NCBI RefSeq assembly: GCF_001457615.1
Contig: NZ_LN831024.1
Location: 420,001-452,000 of the forward strand
Reading direction: 5' to 3'
Source of the DNA: Pseudomonas aeruginosa
GTDB taxonomy: Bacteria; Pseudomonadota; Gammaproteobacteria; Pseudomonadales; Pseudomonadaceae
Length of the DNA: 32,000 nucleotides
Positions 17,946-28,200 of the stretch are shown here, in pieces. Under the pieces are notes generated by a model. It searched no databases. It had not been told where the DNA came from and saw nothing but the letters and a program-made list of their open reading frames with translations. The translations under genes were made by a program, and so were the position numbers. Each line of letters begins with the position of its first letter. Position 1 is the stretch's first letter.

Positions 17946-18514
17946 CAGGCGTGACCGGCCTGGGCGGTGAGCAGGCTGAGGTTGACGCCCAGGCGCGCGG
18001 CGGCGGCGCTGAGGCGCTCCTCGGGCGGCAGGTCGAAGAGGATCGCCGGGTCCGCCGGGCAGGTCAGCCAGGCGTTGTCGCTCAGTTCGGCCTCCAGCTG
18101 GCCGGCTTCCCAGCCGGCATAGCCAAGGCTGATCAGGCTCTTTTCCGGGCCGGTGCCGGCGGCGATGGCGAACAGTACGTCCTGCGAGGTGGACATCGCC
18201 AGCTCGCCCAGTTCCAGGGTCGACTGGTAGCTCAGGCCGCTGGGGTGGAGGACGAAGCCACGGTCGGTCTGCACCGGGCCGCCGTTGTAGATGTCGATGT
18301 GCTGGCAGCGCGCCGGCGGCAGGGCGTCCGGCTTGAGCTGTTCGAGGACTTCCGCCAGGTTGAGGCCGCTGGGACGGTTGATCACCAGGCCCATGGCGCC
18401 CTGCTCGTTGTGTTCGACCAGGTAGGTCACGGTCTGGGCGAAATTGGGGTCGGCCATGTGCGGCATGGCGATCAGGAAATGATGCTTGAGGTAGGTTGGG
18501 CTGCTCTGTTTCAT
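17945..18514 (-). CDS. algH: AlgH / YqgE (UPF0301) family protein, 189 aa
   Basis: SSPTYLKHHFLIAMPHMADPNFAQTVTYLVEHNEQGAMGLVINRPSG...ALGYAGWEAGQLEAEL-type YqgE motifs. Stop overlaps the ruvX start by 1 nt. Confidence 0.95.
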   Translation of the reverse strand: MKQSSPTYLKHHFLIAMPHMADPNFAQTVTYLVEHNEQGAMGLVINRPSGLNLAEVLEQLKPDALPPARCQHIDIYNGGPVQTDRGFVLHPSGLSYQSTLELGELAMSTSQDVLFAIAAGTGPEKSLISLGYAGWEAGQLEAELSDNAWLTCPADPAILFDLPPEERLSAAAARLGVNLSLLTAQAGHA

Positions 18515-18562
18515 GGCCGCTAGTGTCCTGCTTCGGACGCGAGAAAGCCAGCCTTGCCGGCG

Positions 18563-19522
18563 CTACTTGCTGGACAGCCGGTCGCCGCGTTCGAAGCGCC
18601 AGGTACGGATGATCTCCAGCCGGTCGATGTCGGCCAGGTCGCCGCTGAACGGCGCATAGGGCGCGGCCAGGCGGACGATGCGCTGGGCGGCCTGGTCGAG
18701 GATCGGCTCGCCGGAAGACTCCAGCACCTGCACCTCGTAGATGGTGCCGTCGCGGTTGATCGACACCAGCAGCCGCAGGCTGCCGTAGAGCTTCTGCCGG
18801 CGGGCCTCGTCGGGGTAGTTGAGGTTGCCGATGCGTTCGATCTTCTTGCGCCAGTCTTCCTTGTACCAGGCGCCCTTGTCGCGCATGGTCGAGGCGGCGC
18901 TCAGGCGGTGGATGCGCGGGCGCTTGGCGTAGGCCTGCTGCTCCTTGGCCAGGTCGGCCTCGAGGCTGGCGATTTCCGCCGACAGCTGGGTTGAGTCGAA
19001 ATGCGGCGCCGGCTTGGCGACCTGCTCGGCCTTCTGTGCCTGGGTCTTGCTCGGTGCCTTCTGCTGGCGCTGGCGGGTGGTGGTCACCGCGGCCTTGGGC
19101 GCCTCTTCGCTCCTGGCCTGCTTCGGCGTTGCCGGCGGCGCGACTTTCTTCACCTGGTTGTCCTGGAATGGCGCGACCTCGGTGGTCTTCGGCGCGGCCT
19201 TGTGCTCCAGGGTTCCGCTGCCCTGCTGGTTCATCTGCGCGAGGTAGTCGGCCTTCTCCGGCGCCTTGTCGCTCTTGAAGGTGGCCAGGGTGATTTCCAG
19301 GGTCTTGCTGATCTGGCTCGGCGCGGGCATGGAGAAGCCCACCCCGAGGATGAGGGCGACGTGCAGGATGGCTGCGATGAACAGGGTGAAGCCCAAACGG
19401 TCCGCCGGGCGGACGCCGGCAGCGGCGGAGGGGGACTTGAGGACGGCGGCGTTCATTGCGGATCGTGGTGGCTGGCGTGGGGCGAAGTCTGCCGATGGGG
19501 GGCGGAAAAGTCTATGACGCAC
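18563..19522 (-). CDS. tonB3: TonB-family energy transducer (TonB3-like), up to 319 aa
   Basis: N-terminal TM RLGFTLFIAAILHVALILGVGF, central Lys/Pro/Gln-rich periplasmic region, C-terminal TonB domain ...GSLRLLVSINRDGTIYEVQVLESSGEPILDQAAQRIVRLAAPYAPF...IIRTWRF. The 19522 start is GTG; an internal ATG at 19456 (297 aa) is an alternative. Confidence 0.88.
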   Translation of the reverse strand: MRHRLFRPPSADFAPRQPPRSAMNAAVLKSPSAAAGVRPADRLGFTLFIAAILHVALILGVGFSMPAPSQISKTLEITLATFKSDKAPEKADYLAQMNQQGSGTLEHKAAPKTTEVAPFQDNQVKKVAPPATPKQARSEEAPKAAVTTTRQRQQKAPSKTQAQKAEQVAKPAPHFDSTQLSAEIASLEADLAKEQQAYAKRPRIHRLSAASTMRDKGAWYKEDWRKKIERIGNLNYPDEARRQKLYGSLRLLVSINRDGTIYEVQVLESSGEPILDQAAQRIVRLAAPYAPFSGDLADIDRLEIIRTWRFERGDRLSSK

Positions 19523-19574
19523 TCCGCGCCTTGGACACGCGGTCGCTCGCCGTGGCGCATCGGCCGGGCCGAGG

Positions 19575-19596
19575 CGGGCGGACCGAGGCCCGCCCG
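19575..19596 (-). other. GC-rich hairpin between gshB and tonB3
   Basis: CGGGCGG-8 nt-CCGCCCG, 7-bp perfect stem without a U-tract; just outside the gshB 3' end. Confidence 0.35.
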
Positions 19597-19602
19597 TGCG
19601 AT

Positions 19603-20556
19603 TCAGCGGGCAGCCAGCTGGGCGGCGATGGCGTCCATCAGCTTGTCGCCGATGCGGGTGTCGAAGGCCTGGTCGATCTCGCGGATGCAGGTCGGGCTGG
19701 TGACGTTGATTTCCGTCAGATAATCGCCGATCACGTCGAGGCCGACGAACAGCAGGCCGCGCTCGCGCAGGTGCGGGCCGACCTCGGCGGCGATCCAGCG
19801 GTCGCGCTCGCTCAGCGGCTGGGCCACGCCGCGGCCGCCGGCGGCGAGGTTGCCGCGAGTCTCGCCCTGGGCGGGGATGCGCGCCAGGCAGTAGGGCACC
19901 GGTTCGCCGTCGATCATCAGGATGCGCTTGTCGCCGTCCTTGATTTCCGGCAGATAGCGCTGTGCCATGATCTGCTGGCTGCCATGCTGGGTGAGGGTCT
20001 CGAGGATCACCGAGAGGTTCGGGTCGCCTTCGCGGTGACGAAATATCGACGAACCGCCCATTCCGTCCAGGGGTTTGAGAATGATGTCACGATGCTCGGC
20101 GGCAAACTCGCGCAGAATATCGGATCGCCGGCTGACCATCGTCGGCGGAGTGCACTGGGTGAACTGCGTGGCGAAGAACTTCTCGTTGCAGTCGCGCAGG
20201 CTCTGCGGCCGGTTCACCACCAGGGCGCCGGCACGCTCGGCCTGTTCCAGCAGGTAGGTCGAATAGACGAATTCGTTATCGAAGGGCGGGTCCTTGCGCA
20301 TCAGGATCACGTCCAGTTCGTGCAGCGGTTGGTCGCTTTCCGCTTCCAGTTCGAACCAGCGGGAGGCATCGTTGAAGACCTTCAGCGGGCGCATGCGTCC
20401 ACGCGCGACGCCGGCCTTCTGGTAGAGGTCCTGCTGTTCCATGTAGAACAGCGACCAGCCGCGGGCCTGGGCAGCCAGCAGCATGGCGAGCGAGCTGTCC
20501 TTCTTGAAGTTGATGCGCGCGATGGGGTCCATGACGATCCCGAGGCGTACGCTCAT
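19603..20556 (-). CDS. gshB: Glutathione synthetase, 317 aa
   Basis: MSVRLGIVMDPIARINFKKDSSLAMLLAAQARGWSLFYMEQQDLY...ILKPLDGMGGSSIFR...NVTSPTCIREIDQ: GshB signatures. Start ATG at 20554-20556. Confidence 0.97.
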   Translation of the reverse strand: MSVRLGIVMDPIARINFKKDSSLAMLLAAQARGWSLFYMEQQDLYQKAGVARGRMRPLKVFNDASRWFELEAESDQPLHELDVILMRKDPPFDNEFVYSTYLLEQAERAGALVVNRPQSLRDCNEKFFATQFTQCTPPTMVSRRSDILREFAAEHRDIILKPLDGMGGSSIFRHREGDPNLSVILETLTQHGSQQIMAQRYLPEIKDGDKRILMIDGEPVPYCLARIPAQGETRGNLAAGGRGVAQPLSERDRWIAAEVGPHLRERGLLFVGLDVIGDYLTEINVTSPTCIREIDQAFDTRIGDKLMDAIAAQLAAR

Positions 20557-20810
20557 GGGAATTCCTCCGAAAGGGGGTGGGTTGTCCGGTCGCGGCGGGG
20601 AGGCCGCGTGGCAAGCGGGTTTGACGCTCAGGTTGGCGCCCCGTTTGCGCTTGGTCAAGGAAAAAGCCGGCCTGTTCCGGGCATTATGGATAGAGTTGCG
20701 TCGAGTGTGCTAAAAAGGCCCGCGATTGGGTCGCAGCCCGTCGGTGACAGGGCGTTAGCGCACTGAAGAAAACACAGAAGAATGATTCACCGAGTCGATA
20801 TAGGGCGAAC

Positions 20811-21218
20811 ATGGAACAGCAATCCGACGGTTTGAAAGTGATGGTGATCGACGATTCGAAAACGATTCGTCGCACCGCCGAAACACTGCTGAAAAAGGTC
20901 GGTTGCGACGTGATCACGGCAATCGACGGCTTCGATGCCCTGGCGAAGATCGCCGATACCCATCCGAACATCATTTTCGTCGACATCATGATGCCGCGCC
21001 TGGATGGCTATCAGACCTGCGCCCTGATCAAGAACAACAGCGCGTTCAAGTCCACCCCGGTGATCATGCTGTCCTCCAAGGACGGCCTGTTCGACAAGGC
21101 CAAGGGGCGCATCGTCGGCTCCGACCAGTACCTCACCAAGCCGTTCAGCAAGGAAGAGCTGCTGGGCGCGATCAAGGCACACGTACCCAGCTTCACCCCG
21201 GTGGACGCCGTTTCCTGA
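20811..21218 (+). CDS. pilG: PilG, single-domain response regulator of the Chp system, 135 aa
   Basis: MEQQSDGLKVMVIDDSKTIRRTAETLLKKVGCDVITAIDGFDALAKIADTHPNIIFVDIMMPRLDGYQTC: receiver domain, first gene of the pilGHIJK-chpA order. Confidence 0.97.
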   Translation: MEQQSDGLKVMVIDDSKTIRRTAETLLKKVGCDVITAIDGFDALAKIADTHPNIIFVDIMMPRLDGYQTCALIKNNSAFKSTPVIMLSSKDGLFDKAKGRIVGSDQYLTKPFSKEELLGAIKAHVPSFTPVDAVS

Positions 21219-21264
21219 TATCCGGCCGCATGGCCGTTGATGCTTATTTCGTGATGGGGATCCC

Positions 21265-21630
21265 ATGGCTCGTATTTTGATTGTTGATGACTCTCCGACC
21301 GAGATGTACAAGCTGACCGCCATGCTGGAAAAGCATGGTCACCAGGTACTCAAGGCCGAGAACGGCGGCGACGGCGTCGCCCTGGCCCGCCAGGAAAAGC
21401 CCGACGTGGTCCTGATGGACATCGTCATGCCCGGCCTCAACGGCTTCCAGGCGACCCGTCAGTTGACCAAGGACGCCGAGACCAGCGCCATCCCGGTGAT
21501 CATCGTCACCACCAAGGACCAGGAGACCGACAAGGTCTGGGGCAAGCGCCAGGGCGCTCGCGACTACCTGACCAAGCCGGTGGACGAAGAGACCCTGCTG
21601 AAAACCATCAATGCGGTGCTGGCGGGCTGA
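21265..21630 (+). CDS. pilH: PilH, single-domain response regulator, 121 aa
   Basis: MARILIVDDSPTEMYKLTAMLEKHGHQVLKAENGGDGVALARQEKPDVVLMDIVMPGLNGFQATR. Confidence 0.97.
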   Translation: MARILIVDDSPTEMYKLTAMLEKHGHQVLKAENGGDGVALARQEKPDVVLMDIVMPGLNGFQATRQLTKDAETSAIPVIIVTTKDQETDKVWGKRQGARDYLTKPVDEETLLKTINAVLAG

Positions 21631-21680
21631 GCCCGTCGCAGCGCATCGCTCACCCTGACCCCGGAAAGACCAGGCCCCGC

Positions 21681-22217
21681 ATGTCGGACGTTCAGACCCC
21701 CTTCCAGCTCCTCGTCGACATCGATCAGCGCTGCCGACGCCTGGCCGCCGGCCTGCCGGCCCAGCAGGAGGCGGTGCAGAGCTGGAGCGGGATCGGCTTC
21801 CGCATGGGCGGGCGGTTCTTCGTCGCCCCCATGGGGGAGGTCGGCGAAGTCCTGCACGAACCGCGCTACACCCAGCTGCCGGGCGTGAAGACCTGGGTCA
21901 AGGGGGTGGCCAACGTACGTGGCCGCCTGCTGCCGATCATGGACCTCTGCGGTTTCCTCGGCACCGAACTGTCGCCCTTGCGCAAGCAGCGGCGGGTGCT
22001 GGTGGTGGAGCACCTGGACGTGTTCGCCGGCCTCATCGTCGATGAGGTGTTCGGCATGCAGCACTTCCCGGTGGACACCTTCAGCGAACAGCTGCCGCCA
22101 CTAGAAGCGGCACTGCAACCCTTCATTCATGGCGTCTTCCATCGAGAGCAGCCGTGGCTGGTGTTCAGCCCGCATGCGCTGGCGCAACACCAGGGCTTCC
22201 TCGACGTCGCCGTATAA
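21681..22217 (+). CDS. pilI: PilI, CheW-like adaptor, 178 aa
   Basis: CheW-like domain (...WSGIGFRMGGRFFVAPMGEVGEVLHEPRYTQLPGVKTWVKGVANVRGRLLPIMDL...). Confidence 0.95.
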   Translation: MSDVQTPFQLLVDIDQRCRRLAAGLPAQQEAVQSWSGIGFRMGGRFFVAPMGEVGEVLHEPRYTQLPGVKTWVKGVANVRGRLLPIMDLCGFLGTELSPLRKQRRVLVVEHLDVFAGLIVDEVFGMQHFPVDTFSEQLPPLEAALQPFIHGVFHREQPWLVFSPHALAQHQGFLDVAV

Positions 22218-22232
22218 ACAGCTTCACCGGTT

Positions 22233-22250
22233 GGGCCGGTCTGCCGGCCC
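22233..22250 (+). other. GC-rich hairpin in the pilI-pilJ intergenic region
   Basis: GGGCCGG-TCTG-CCGGCCC, 7-bp perfect stem with a 4-nt loop, no U-tract. Confidence 0.6.
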
Positions 22251-22301
22251 GTGTCGTGACATGGAAATCGTAATCGTGGTCGGTCCGGGCGGGGGCCAAA
22301 T

Positions 22302-24350
22302 ATGAAGAAAATCAACGCAGGCAATCTTTTCGCGGGCATGCGCAGCAGCTCGGTGATCGCGGGGCTGTTCATCGTCCTCATCGTCTCGATCGTGTTGCTG
22401 TTCGCCAACTTTGCCTACCTCAACACCCAGTCGAACCATGACAAGCAGTACATCGGCCATGCCGGCGAACTGCGCGTCCTGTCGCAGCGGATCGCGAAGA
22501 ACGCCACCGAAGCGGCGGCGGGCAAGGGCGAGGCGTTCAAGCTCCTGAAGGATGCGCGCAACGACTTCGAGAAACGCTGGAACATCCTGGTCAACGGCGA
22601 CGAGAGTACATCCCTGCCGCCCAGCCCCGAAGCGGTGAAGCCGCAGATGGACGTGGTGCAGCAGGACTGGGACGGCCTGCGCAAGAACGCCGACTCCATC
22701 CTCGCCAGCGAACAGACCGTACTGTCCCTGCACCAGGTGGCCTCGACCCTCGCCGAAACCATCCCGCAGCTGCAGGTGGAATACGAAGAGGTGGTCGACA
22801 TCCTGCTGGAGAACGGTGCCCCGGCCGACCAGGTCGCGGTCGCCCAGCGCCAGTCGCTGCTCGCCGAACGTATCCTCGGCTCGGTGAACAAGGTGCTGGC
22901 CGGCGACGAGAACTCGGTGCAGGCCGCCGACAGCTTCGGCCGCGACGCCAGCCTGTTCGGCCGCGTACTGAAGGGCATGCAGGAAGGCAACGCGGCGATG
23001 AGCATCTCCAAGGTGACCAACGCCGAGGCGGTGGATCGCCTGAACGAGATCGCCGAACTCTTCGAGTTCGTCTCCGGCTCGGTGGACGAGATCCTCGAGA
23101 CCTCGCCCGACCTGTTCCAGGTCCGGGAAGCGGCGAACAACATCTTCAGCGTTTCGCAGACCCTGCTGGACAAGGCCTCGCAACTGGCCGACGGCTTCGA
23201 GAACCTGGCCGGCGGGCGTAGCATCAACCTGTTCGCCGGTTACGTCCTCGGCGCCCTGGCCCTGGCCTCGATCATCCTGATCGGCCTGGTGATGGTGCGC
23301 GAGACCAACCGCCGGCTGGCCGAGACCGCCGAGAAGAACGACCGCAACCAGGCCGCGATCCTGCGTCTGCTCGACGAGATCGCCGACCTCGCGGACGGCG
23401 ACCTGACCGTGGCCGCGACCGTGACCGAGGACTTCACCGGCGCCATCGCCGACTCGATCAACTACTCCATCGACCAGCTCCGCGAACTGGTGGAGACCAT
23501 CAACCAGACCGCCGTGCAGGTGGCCGCAGCGGCCCAGGAAACCCAGTCCACCGCGATGCACCTGGCCGAAGCCTCCGAGCACCAGGCGCAGGAAATCGCC
23601 GGCGCCTCGGCGGCGATCAACGAAATGGCGGTGTCGATCGACCAGGTATCGGCGAACGCCTCGGAATCCTCGGCGGTAGCGGAACGTTCGGTAGCCATCG
23701 CCAACAAGGGCAACGAGGTGGTGCACAACACCATCACCGGCATGGACAACATTCGCGAGCAGATCCAGGACACCTCGAAGCGAATCAAGCGCCTCGGCGA
23801 GTCGTCCCAGGAGATCGGCGACATCGTCAGCCTGATCAACGACATCGCCGACCAGACCAACATCCTCGCCCTGAACGCCGCGATCCAGGCGTCGATGGCC
23901 GGGGACGCGGGCCGCGGCTTCGCCGTGGTAGCGGACGAGGTACAGCGACTGGCGGAACGTTCCTCGGCGGCGACCAAGCAGATCGAGGCGCTGGTGAAGA
24001 CCATCCAGACCGACACCAACGAAGCGGTGATCTCGATGGAGCAGACCACCTCCGAGGTGGTCCGCGGCGCGCGCCTGGCCCAGGACGCCGGTGTGGCCCT
24101 GGAGGAGATCGAGAAGGTATCCAAGACCCTCGCGGCACTGATCCAGAACATCTCCAACGCCGCCCGTCAGCAGGCATCGTCGGCCGGCCACATTTCCAAC
24201 ACCATGAACGTCATTCAGGAGATCACCTCGCAGACCTCCGCCGGTACCACCGCCACCGCGCGGAGCATCGGCAACCTGGCGAAGATGGCGAGCGAGATGC
24301 GCAACTCGGTATCCGGCTTCAAACTGCCGGAGGGCGTGGAGCAGGCCTGA
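22302..24350 (+). CDS. pilJ: PilJ, methyl-accepting chemotaxis protein of the Chp system, 682 aa
   Basis: N-terminal TM, periplasmic PilJ domain, second TM ([26 protein letters not shown]), HAMP-like region and MCP hairpin ...[49 protein letters not shown]. Confidence 0.98.
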   Translation: MKKINAGNLFAGMRSSSVIAGLFIVLIVSIVLLFANFAYLNTQSNHDKQYIGHAGELRVLSQRIAKNATEAAAGKGEAFKLLKDARNDFEKRWNILVNGDESTSLPPSPEAVKPQMDVVQQDWDGLRKNADSILASEQTVLSLHQVASTLAETIPQLQVEYEEVVDILLENGAPADQVAVAQRQSLLAERILGSVNKVLAGDENSVQAADSFGRDASLFGRVLKGMQEGNAAMSISKVTNAEAVDRLNEIAELFEFVSGSVDEILETSPDLFQVREAANNIFSVSQTLLDKASQLADGFENLAGGRSINLFAGYVLGALALASIILIGLVMVRETNRRLAETAEKNDRNQAAILRLLDEIADLADGDLTVAATVTEDFTGAIADSINYSIDQLRELVETINQTAVQVAAAAQETQSTAMHLAEASEHQAQEIAGASAAINEMAVSIDQVSANASESSAVAERSVAIANKGNEVVHNTITGMDNIREQIQDTSKRIKRLGESSQEIGDIVSLINDIADQTNILALNAAIQASMAGDAGRGFAVVADEVQRLAERSSAATKQIEALVKTIQTDTNEAVISMEQTTSEVVRGARLAQDAGVALEEIEKVSKTLAALIQNISNAARQQASSAGHISNTMNVIQEITSQTSAGTTATARSIGNLAKMASEMRNSVSGFKLPEGVEQA

Positions 24351-24410
24351 GCATAGGCGCGGCGGCCGCCTGGCGGGCGCCGCGTCGACACCTTGGAAGA
24401 GGGGCACGGC

Positions 24411-25286
24411 ATGCAGGCGAACGGCGTCTGGTCACTGCAGCCGCTGGCCGATATGTCGGCAGCGGAGTTCCGCGACTGGCAGGTCCTGTTGGAGAACCGC
24501 ACCGGCGTGGTGCTCAACGAGCAACGCCGGACGTTCCTGCAGGCCAGCCTGACCGCGCGCATGCGTGAACTGGGCATCGGCGACTACCACAGCTACTACC
24601 GCCAGGTGACCGACGGTCCGCGTGGCGCAGTGGAGTGGGCGACCCTGCTGGACCGCCTGACCGTCCAGGAAACCCGTTTCTTCCGTCATCCCCCGTCTTT
24701 CGAGCTGCTCGAGCGCTACCTGGGCGAGCGCCTGCGCCGCGAAGGCATGCCGCGGCCCTGGGCCCTGTGGAGCGTCGGCTGCTCCAGCGGCGAGGAACCC
24801 TACTCGCTGGCGATGTGCGCCGCGCAGGTGTTGCGCGGGCAGGAACGGGAAGATTTTTTCGGCGTCACCGGAACGGATATCAGCCTTCACGCCCTGCAGC
24901 GGGCGCGGCAGGCGAACTATCCGGCCCGCAAGCTGGAGCAACTGGAGGCCGGGCTGGTCGAACGCTATTGCGAACGCCAGGCCGACGGCAGCTTCAGCGT
25001 GAAAACGATACTGACCGAGCGCGTCTGCTGCGCCCGGCTGAATGTGCTGGACCTGGCGAAGGCGCCCTGGTCCGGCATGGACGTGATTTTTTGTCAGAAC
25101 CTGCTGATCTACTTCCGTCGCTGGCGACGGCGCGAGATCCTCAACCGGTTGGCCGAACGGCTGGCGCCGGGAGGCTTGCTGGTGATCGGGGTCGGCGAAG
25201 TGGTCGACTGGAGCCATCCGGAGCTCGAGCCGGTCGCCGACGAGCGGGTCCTGGCCTTTACCCGTAAGGGGTACTCAGGCACATGA
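24411..25286 (+). CDS. pilK: PilK, CheR-type chemoreceptor methyltransferase, 291 aa
   Basis: ...FFRHPPSFELLERYLGERL...LWSVGCSSGEEPYSLAMCAAQVL...MDVIFCQNLLIYFRRWRRREILNRLAERLAPGGLLVIGVGE: CheR signature. Track ORF begins at a TTG 6 codons earlier. Confidence 0.96.
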   Translation: MQANGVWSLQPLADMSAAEFRDWQVLLENRTGVVLNEQRRTFLQASLTARMRELGIGDYHSYYRQVTDGPRGAVEWATLLDRLTVQETRFFRHPPSFELLERYLGERLRREGMPRPWALWSVGCSSGEEPYSLAMCAAQVLRGQEREDFFGVTGTDISLHALQRARQANYPARKLEQLEAGLVERYCERQADGSFSVKTILTERVCCARLNVLDLAKAPWSGMDVIFCQNLLIYFRRWRRREILNRLAERLAPGGLLVIGVGEVVDWSHPELEPVADERVLAFTRKGYSGT

Positions 25287-28200
25287 ATGGAGTGGCTATG
25301 GGTGACCGGCACGACTACGTCGCTCTGGAGTGGGTGAAAGGCGAGATCGCCGAAACCCTGAAACAGGCGCGCCAGGCGCTGGAAGCGTTCGTCGAGAACC
25401 CGCAGGACCCGACCCGCATGCGGTTCTGCCTGACCTACGTGCACCAGGTGCAGGGCACCCTGCAGATGGTCGAGTTCTACGGCGCGGCCCTGCTCGCCGA
25501 GGAAATGGAGCAATTGGTCCAGGCCTTGCTGGACGGTCGCGTGCCGAACCAGGGCGAGGCCCTGGAAGTGCTGATGCAGGCGATCCTGCAACTGCCGGTC
25601 TACCTCGACCGGATCCAGACCGCCCGGCGCGACCTGCCGATGGTGGTCCTGCCGCTGCTCAACGACCTGCGCGCCGCGCGCGGCGAGAAGCTGCTCTCGG
25701 AAACCAGCCTGTTCGCGCCCGACCTGTCGCAGCGCCAGCCGCAACTGGACGGCGAGGCCATCGCGCAACTGCGCACCGACGAACTCGGCGGCTTGCTGCG
25801 CAAGCTGCGCCAGACCCAGCAGATGGCCCTGGTCGGCCTGCTGCGCAACCAGGACGTGGCCACCAGCCTCGGCTACCTGGCGCGTGTCTATGCGCGCCTG
25901 GAGGGCCTGTGCCGCGAGGCACCGCTGGGGCCGCTGTGGAGCATCGCTTCCGGCCTGGTCGAGGGCCTGGCCAACGGTAGCGTGGTCAACAGCGCCTCGG
26001 TGCGCACCCTGCTGCGCCAGCTCGACCGCGAACTCAAGCGCCTGGTCGAGCAGGGCGCCGACGGCCTGAACCAGGCCGCGCCGGACGAGCTGGTGAAGAA
26101 CCTGCTGTTCTACGTGGCCAAGGCGCCTTCGCAGTCGCCGCGGATCCGCGCTCTGAAGGAACAGTACCGCCTCGACGAGGCGCTGCCCGACCACGAGACG
26201 GTGGACGCCGAGCGCGCCCGCCTCGCCGGACCCGACCGCGATGCGATGCGTTCGGTGGTCGGTGCCTTGTGCGAGGAACTGGTGCGGATCAAGGACAGCC
26301 TCGACCTGTTCGTGCGCAGCGACCGTGGCCACCCCTCGGAACTGGACGCCCTCCTGGCGCCGCTCAAGCAGATCGCCGATACCCTGGCGGTACTCGGCTT
26401 CGGCCAACCGCGCAAGGTCATCCTCGACCAGTTGGACGTCATCCACGCCCTGGCCCAGGGCCGCCGCGAGCCGAGCGACGCGATCCTGATGGACGTCGCC
26501 GGCGCGTTGCTCTACGTCGAGGCCACCCTGGCCGGCATGGCCGGTCCCGGCGACGAGCGCAACAGCGAGGAAAGCCGCCTGCCCACCACCGATGTGGCGC
26601 AGATCCACCAGTTGGTGATCAAGGAAGCGCGCAACGGTCTGGAGCAGGCCAAGGACGCGATCATCGAGTTCATCGCCTCGCAGTGGAACCACGAGCACCT
26701 GGCCCGCGTGCCGGAGCTGCTGACCCAGGTCCGCGGCGGCCTGGCGATGATCCCGCTGGAGCGCGCCGCGACCCTGCTGGAAACCTGCAACCGCTATATC
26801 CAGGAACAGCTGCTGGCGCGCAAGGCGGTGCCGGACTGGCAGAGCCTGGATACCCTGGCCGATGCCATCACCAGCGTCGAGTATTACCTGGAGCGCCTGA
26901 GCGAGGACCATGCCAGCCAGAGCGACCTGATCCTCGACGTCGCCGAGGACAGCCTGGCGAACCTCGGCTATACGCTGAAACCGAATTCGTCGGCCCCGGC
27001 CGAGCCTGGCCTGTCCGGGCCCGCTGCCATCGAGTCCCCGGCTGCCGAGCCGGAGAGGCCGGAGGCGGTCGTCGAGGTCGCCGAGACAGCGGAGCAACCG
27101 CCCGCCGACACGGCTCCTGCCGAGGCCGCGAGGGAAGATGCCCCGCAGTTGGCCAGCGACGACAACTGGACCCTTGGCGAAGTCGCGCCCGACGCCGGCG
27201 AGCCGTCCCTCGACCTGGCCCTGGACCTGCCGCTGGACGATTCCGCCGAAGTGCCGCCGGCGTTGCCGGAGGTGGTCGAGGAGAGCGGCCAGCCGCAGTC
27301 GACCCCGGCGCCTGCCCGCAGCCTGGACGATTTCAGCCTCGACGAGATCGATCTCTCCGGCCTCGACCTGCCCGCCGATGCGGCCCCGGCCTCCGGGCCG
27401 GCGGCCCTGGCGGACTGGTCGCTGCCGGAGCAGTGGGGGCTCGGCGATGACCTGGCGCAGCCGGCGCAGGCCGGCGAGACGTTGGATCTGAGCCTGGAGG
27501 AGCCGGCGCTGTCCTTCGACGCGCCGCTGGAAAGCCTCGAGCCGTTGCCGGCGCTGGAGCCTTTCGACGGCTCCGCTGAACAGGAGCTGGTTCTCGATGC
27601 GCTCGATCCGCTGCCGCTGGATGTAGCCTTGCCGGAGGCGGAGGGCGAGGTGTCCGCCTGGGAGGGCTCGAGCCTGGAGGAACTGGATCTTTCCGACCTC
27701 GATCTCCCCGAGGTGCAATTGCCCGAGGCTGAGGCTGAGGCCGAGGCGCCGCCTGCCGCCGAGGCGCTCGCCAGCGAAGCGCCGGCCCTGTCTCTGGCCG
27801 AGGTGATGGCTGCGCCGGTGCAGCCGATCAACCCGCCGGCGCAGAACGTTCCGGTCAGCCTGCTGCCACCGCCGGCCGACGAGGAACCGGTGGACGAGGA
27901 ACTGCGCGAGGTCTTCATCGAGGAGGCCGGCGAGGTCCTGGAGACCATCGGCCGCTACCTGCCGGCCTGGAAAGCCGACCACGACGACCGCGAAGCGCTG
28001 ACCGAGGTACGCCGTGCCTTCCATACCCTCAAGGGTAGCGGACGGATGGTCCGTGCCCTGGTGATCGGCGAACTGGCCTGGTCGATAGAGAACCTGTTCA
28101 ACCGCGTGCTCGATCGCAGCATCGCCGCCAGCGAGCCGGTGCAGCGAGTGGTGGACCAGGTCGTGGCCCTGTTGCCGGAGCTGGTCGAGGAGTTCGCCGC

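Noticed and set aside
20557-20810. Possible divergent promoters between gshB and pilG
   Set aside because: Several partial boxes but none with acceptable spacing and both hexamers, so I do not call a site although promoters are biologically expected here.
24351-24392. GC-rich symmetric sequence between pilJ and pilK
   Set aside because: Possible pairing GCGGCG/CGCCGC but long loop, no U-tract and several equal alternatives. Not distinguishable from GC background.
22224-24407. 727-aa minus-strand ORF opposite pilJ
   Set aside because: Antisense of a convincing MCP gene; compositionally biased protein with no recognisable domain.
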